Origin: Saprospiraceae bacterium
GTDB taxonomy: Bacteria > Bacteroidota > Bacteroidia > Chitinophagales > Saprospiraceae
Reading direction: 5' to 3'
Length of the DNA stretch: 64,000 nt
NCBI GenBank assembly: GCA_015490715.1
Contig: WFXH01000106.1
Coordinates: forward strand, 2,177-66,176
Below, piece after piece: positions 63,428 through 64,000 of the stretch. The notes beneath the pieces are model-generated. The model worked only from the letters and a program-made list of their open reading frames with translations, had not been told where the DNA came from and ran no database searches. Both the position numbers and the translations under genes were made by a program. The number at the start of each line of letters is the position of its first letter. Position 1 is the first letter of the stretch.

Positions 63428-63584
63428 AGCCCTGAAATTTGCCAAAATTTTGAATAAAAATACGCATTTTTGGGGAAAATGCATAAATTTTTATGGCTTG
63501 CAAGGTGTTCGGGCTACTATTTCATACAACGCATATCGAGTAGGGAATATTGGTCGATCGGCCAAAGTTTGTAATCTTTGTCGC

Positions 63585-64000
63585 ATGGGAGGGAGCAATC
63601 GTCGGCTGTCCGCAATGCGTAGGGTGCTTTTAAAATGGGCGGAAAGCCATGGTCGACGCATGCCGTGGATGGAGGATCGGGACCCGTATAAAGTGTGGCT
63701 GGCGGAGGTAGTGCTCCAGCAGACACGGGTAGAGCAGGGGCTACCGTATTTTCGGAAATTGGTGCGTAAGTATCCCGACGTATTTCGTCTGGCTGCGGTG
63801 CAGGAGCGAGTATTTTTCAAGGACTGGGAGGGTCTTGGTTATTACCAGCGAGCGCGCAATCTGTTGAAGGCAGCCAGGTATATCGTCGATCAAAGAAGGG
63901 GTGTGTTGCCCACTACATATGAGGAGTGGCTACGGCTTCCCGGTGTGGGTCCCTATACCGCTGCTGCCGTAATGGTGTTTGCCTTCGAAAGGCCCTATTC
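63585..64000 (+). CDS. mutY: A/G-specific adenine glycosylase (3'-truncated by window edge; absent from the ORF track)
   Basis: Translated by hand: RRMPW...DPYKVWLAEVVLQQTRVEQG..Y, WEGLGYYQRARNL, LPGVGPYTAAA. Confidence 0.95.
   Translation, partial: MGGSNRRLSAMRRVLLKWAESHGRRMPWMEDRDPYKVWLAEVVLQQTRVEQGLPYFRKLVRKYPDVFRLAAVQERVFFKDWEGLGYYQRARNLLKAARYIVDQRRGVLPTTYEEWLRLPGVGPYTAAAVMVFAFERPY

Overview
Gene-dense, mostly housekeeping region of a Bacteroidota chromosome, probably Saprospirales/Chitinophagales-like. This placement is inferred from protein families (T9SS cargo, PorV-like, DUF2795, DUF4159, DUF2723, holB-ricT) and from at least 11 exact TAnnTTTG (-7 box) promoter motifs just upstream of starts that lack Shine-Dalgarno sites. 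I can support 56 CDS (queA, cmk, hutH, bshA, holB, ricT, gcvP, hldD, accBC, efp, thrS, hpt, ligA, clpS, aat, proC, mce, ilvE, rdgB, fabH, hbd, partial mutY and others) and one tRNA-Gln(TTG). I saw no CRISPR array, rRNA, integrase or transposase. Best leads: (1) a yfdX / sigma-factor-like / hdeD / HPF-like stress cassette at 4.0-6.9 kb that echoes the yfdX-hdeD core of the locus of heat resistance; (2) a ~9 kb three-gene operon of TonB-dependent-receptor-like barrel, 1378-aa secreted CTD protein and its own PorV-like barrel at 44.4-53.3 kb; (3) an unannotated ~120-nt three-hairpin RNA candidate at 35.49-35.61 kb; (4) an MbnP/MbnH-like lipoprotein pair with an altered Trp motif; (5) a CX4CH lipoprotein cytochrome. 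All calls come from motif recognition by eye; no searches were run. Several start codons were moved downstream of the ORF-track starts.
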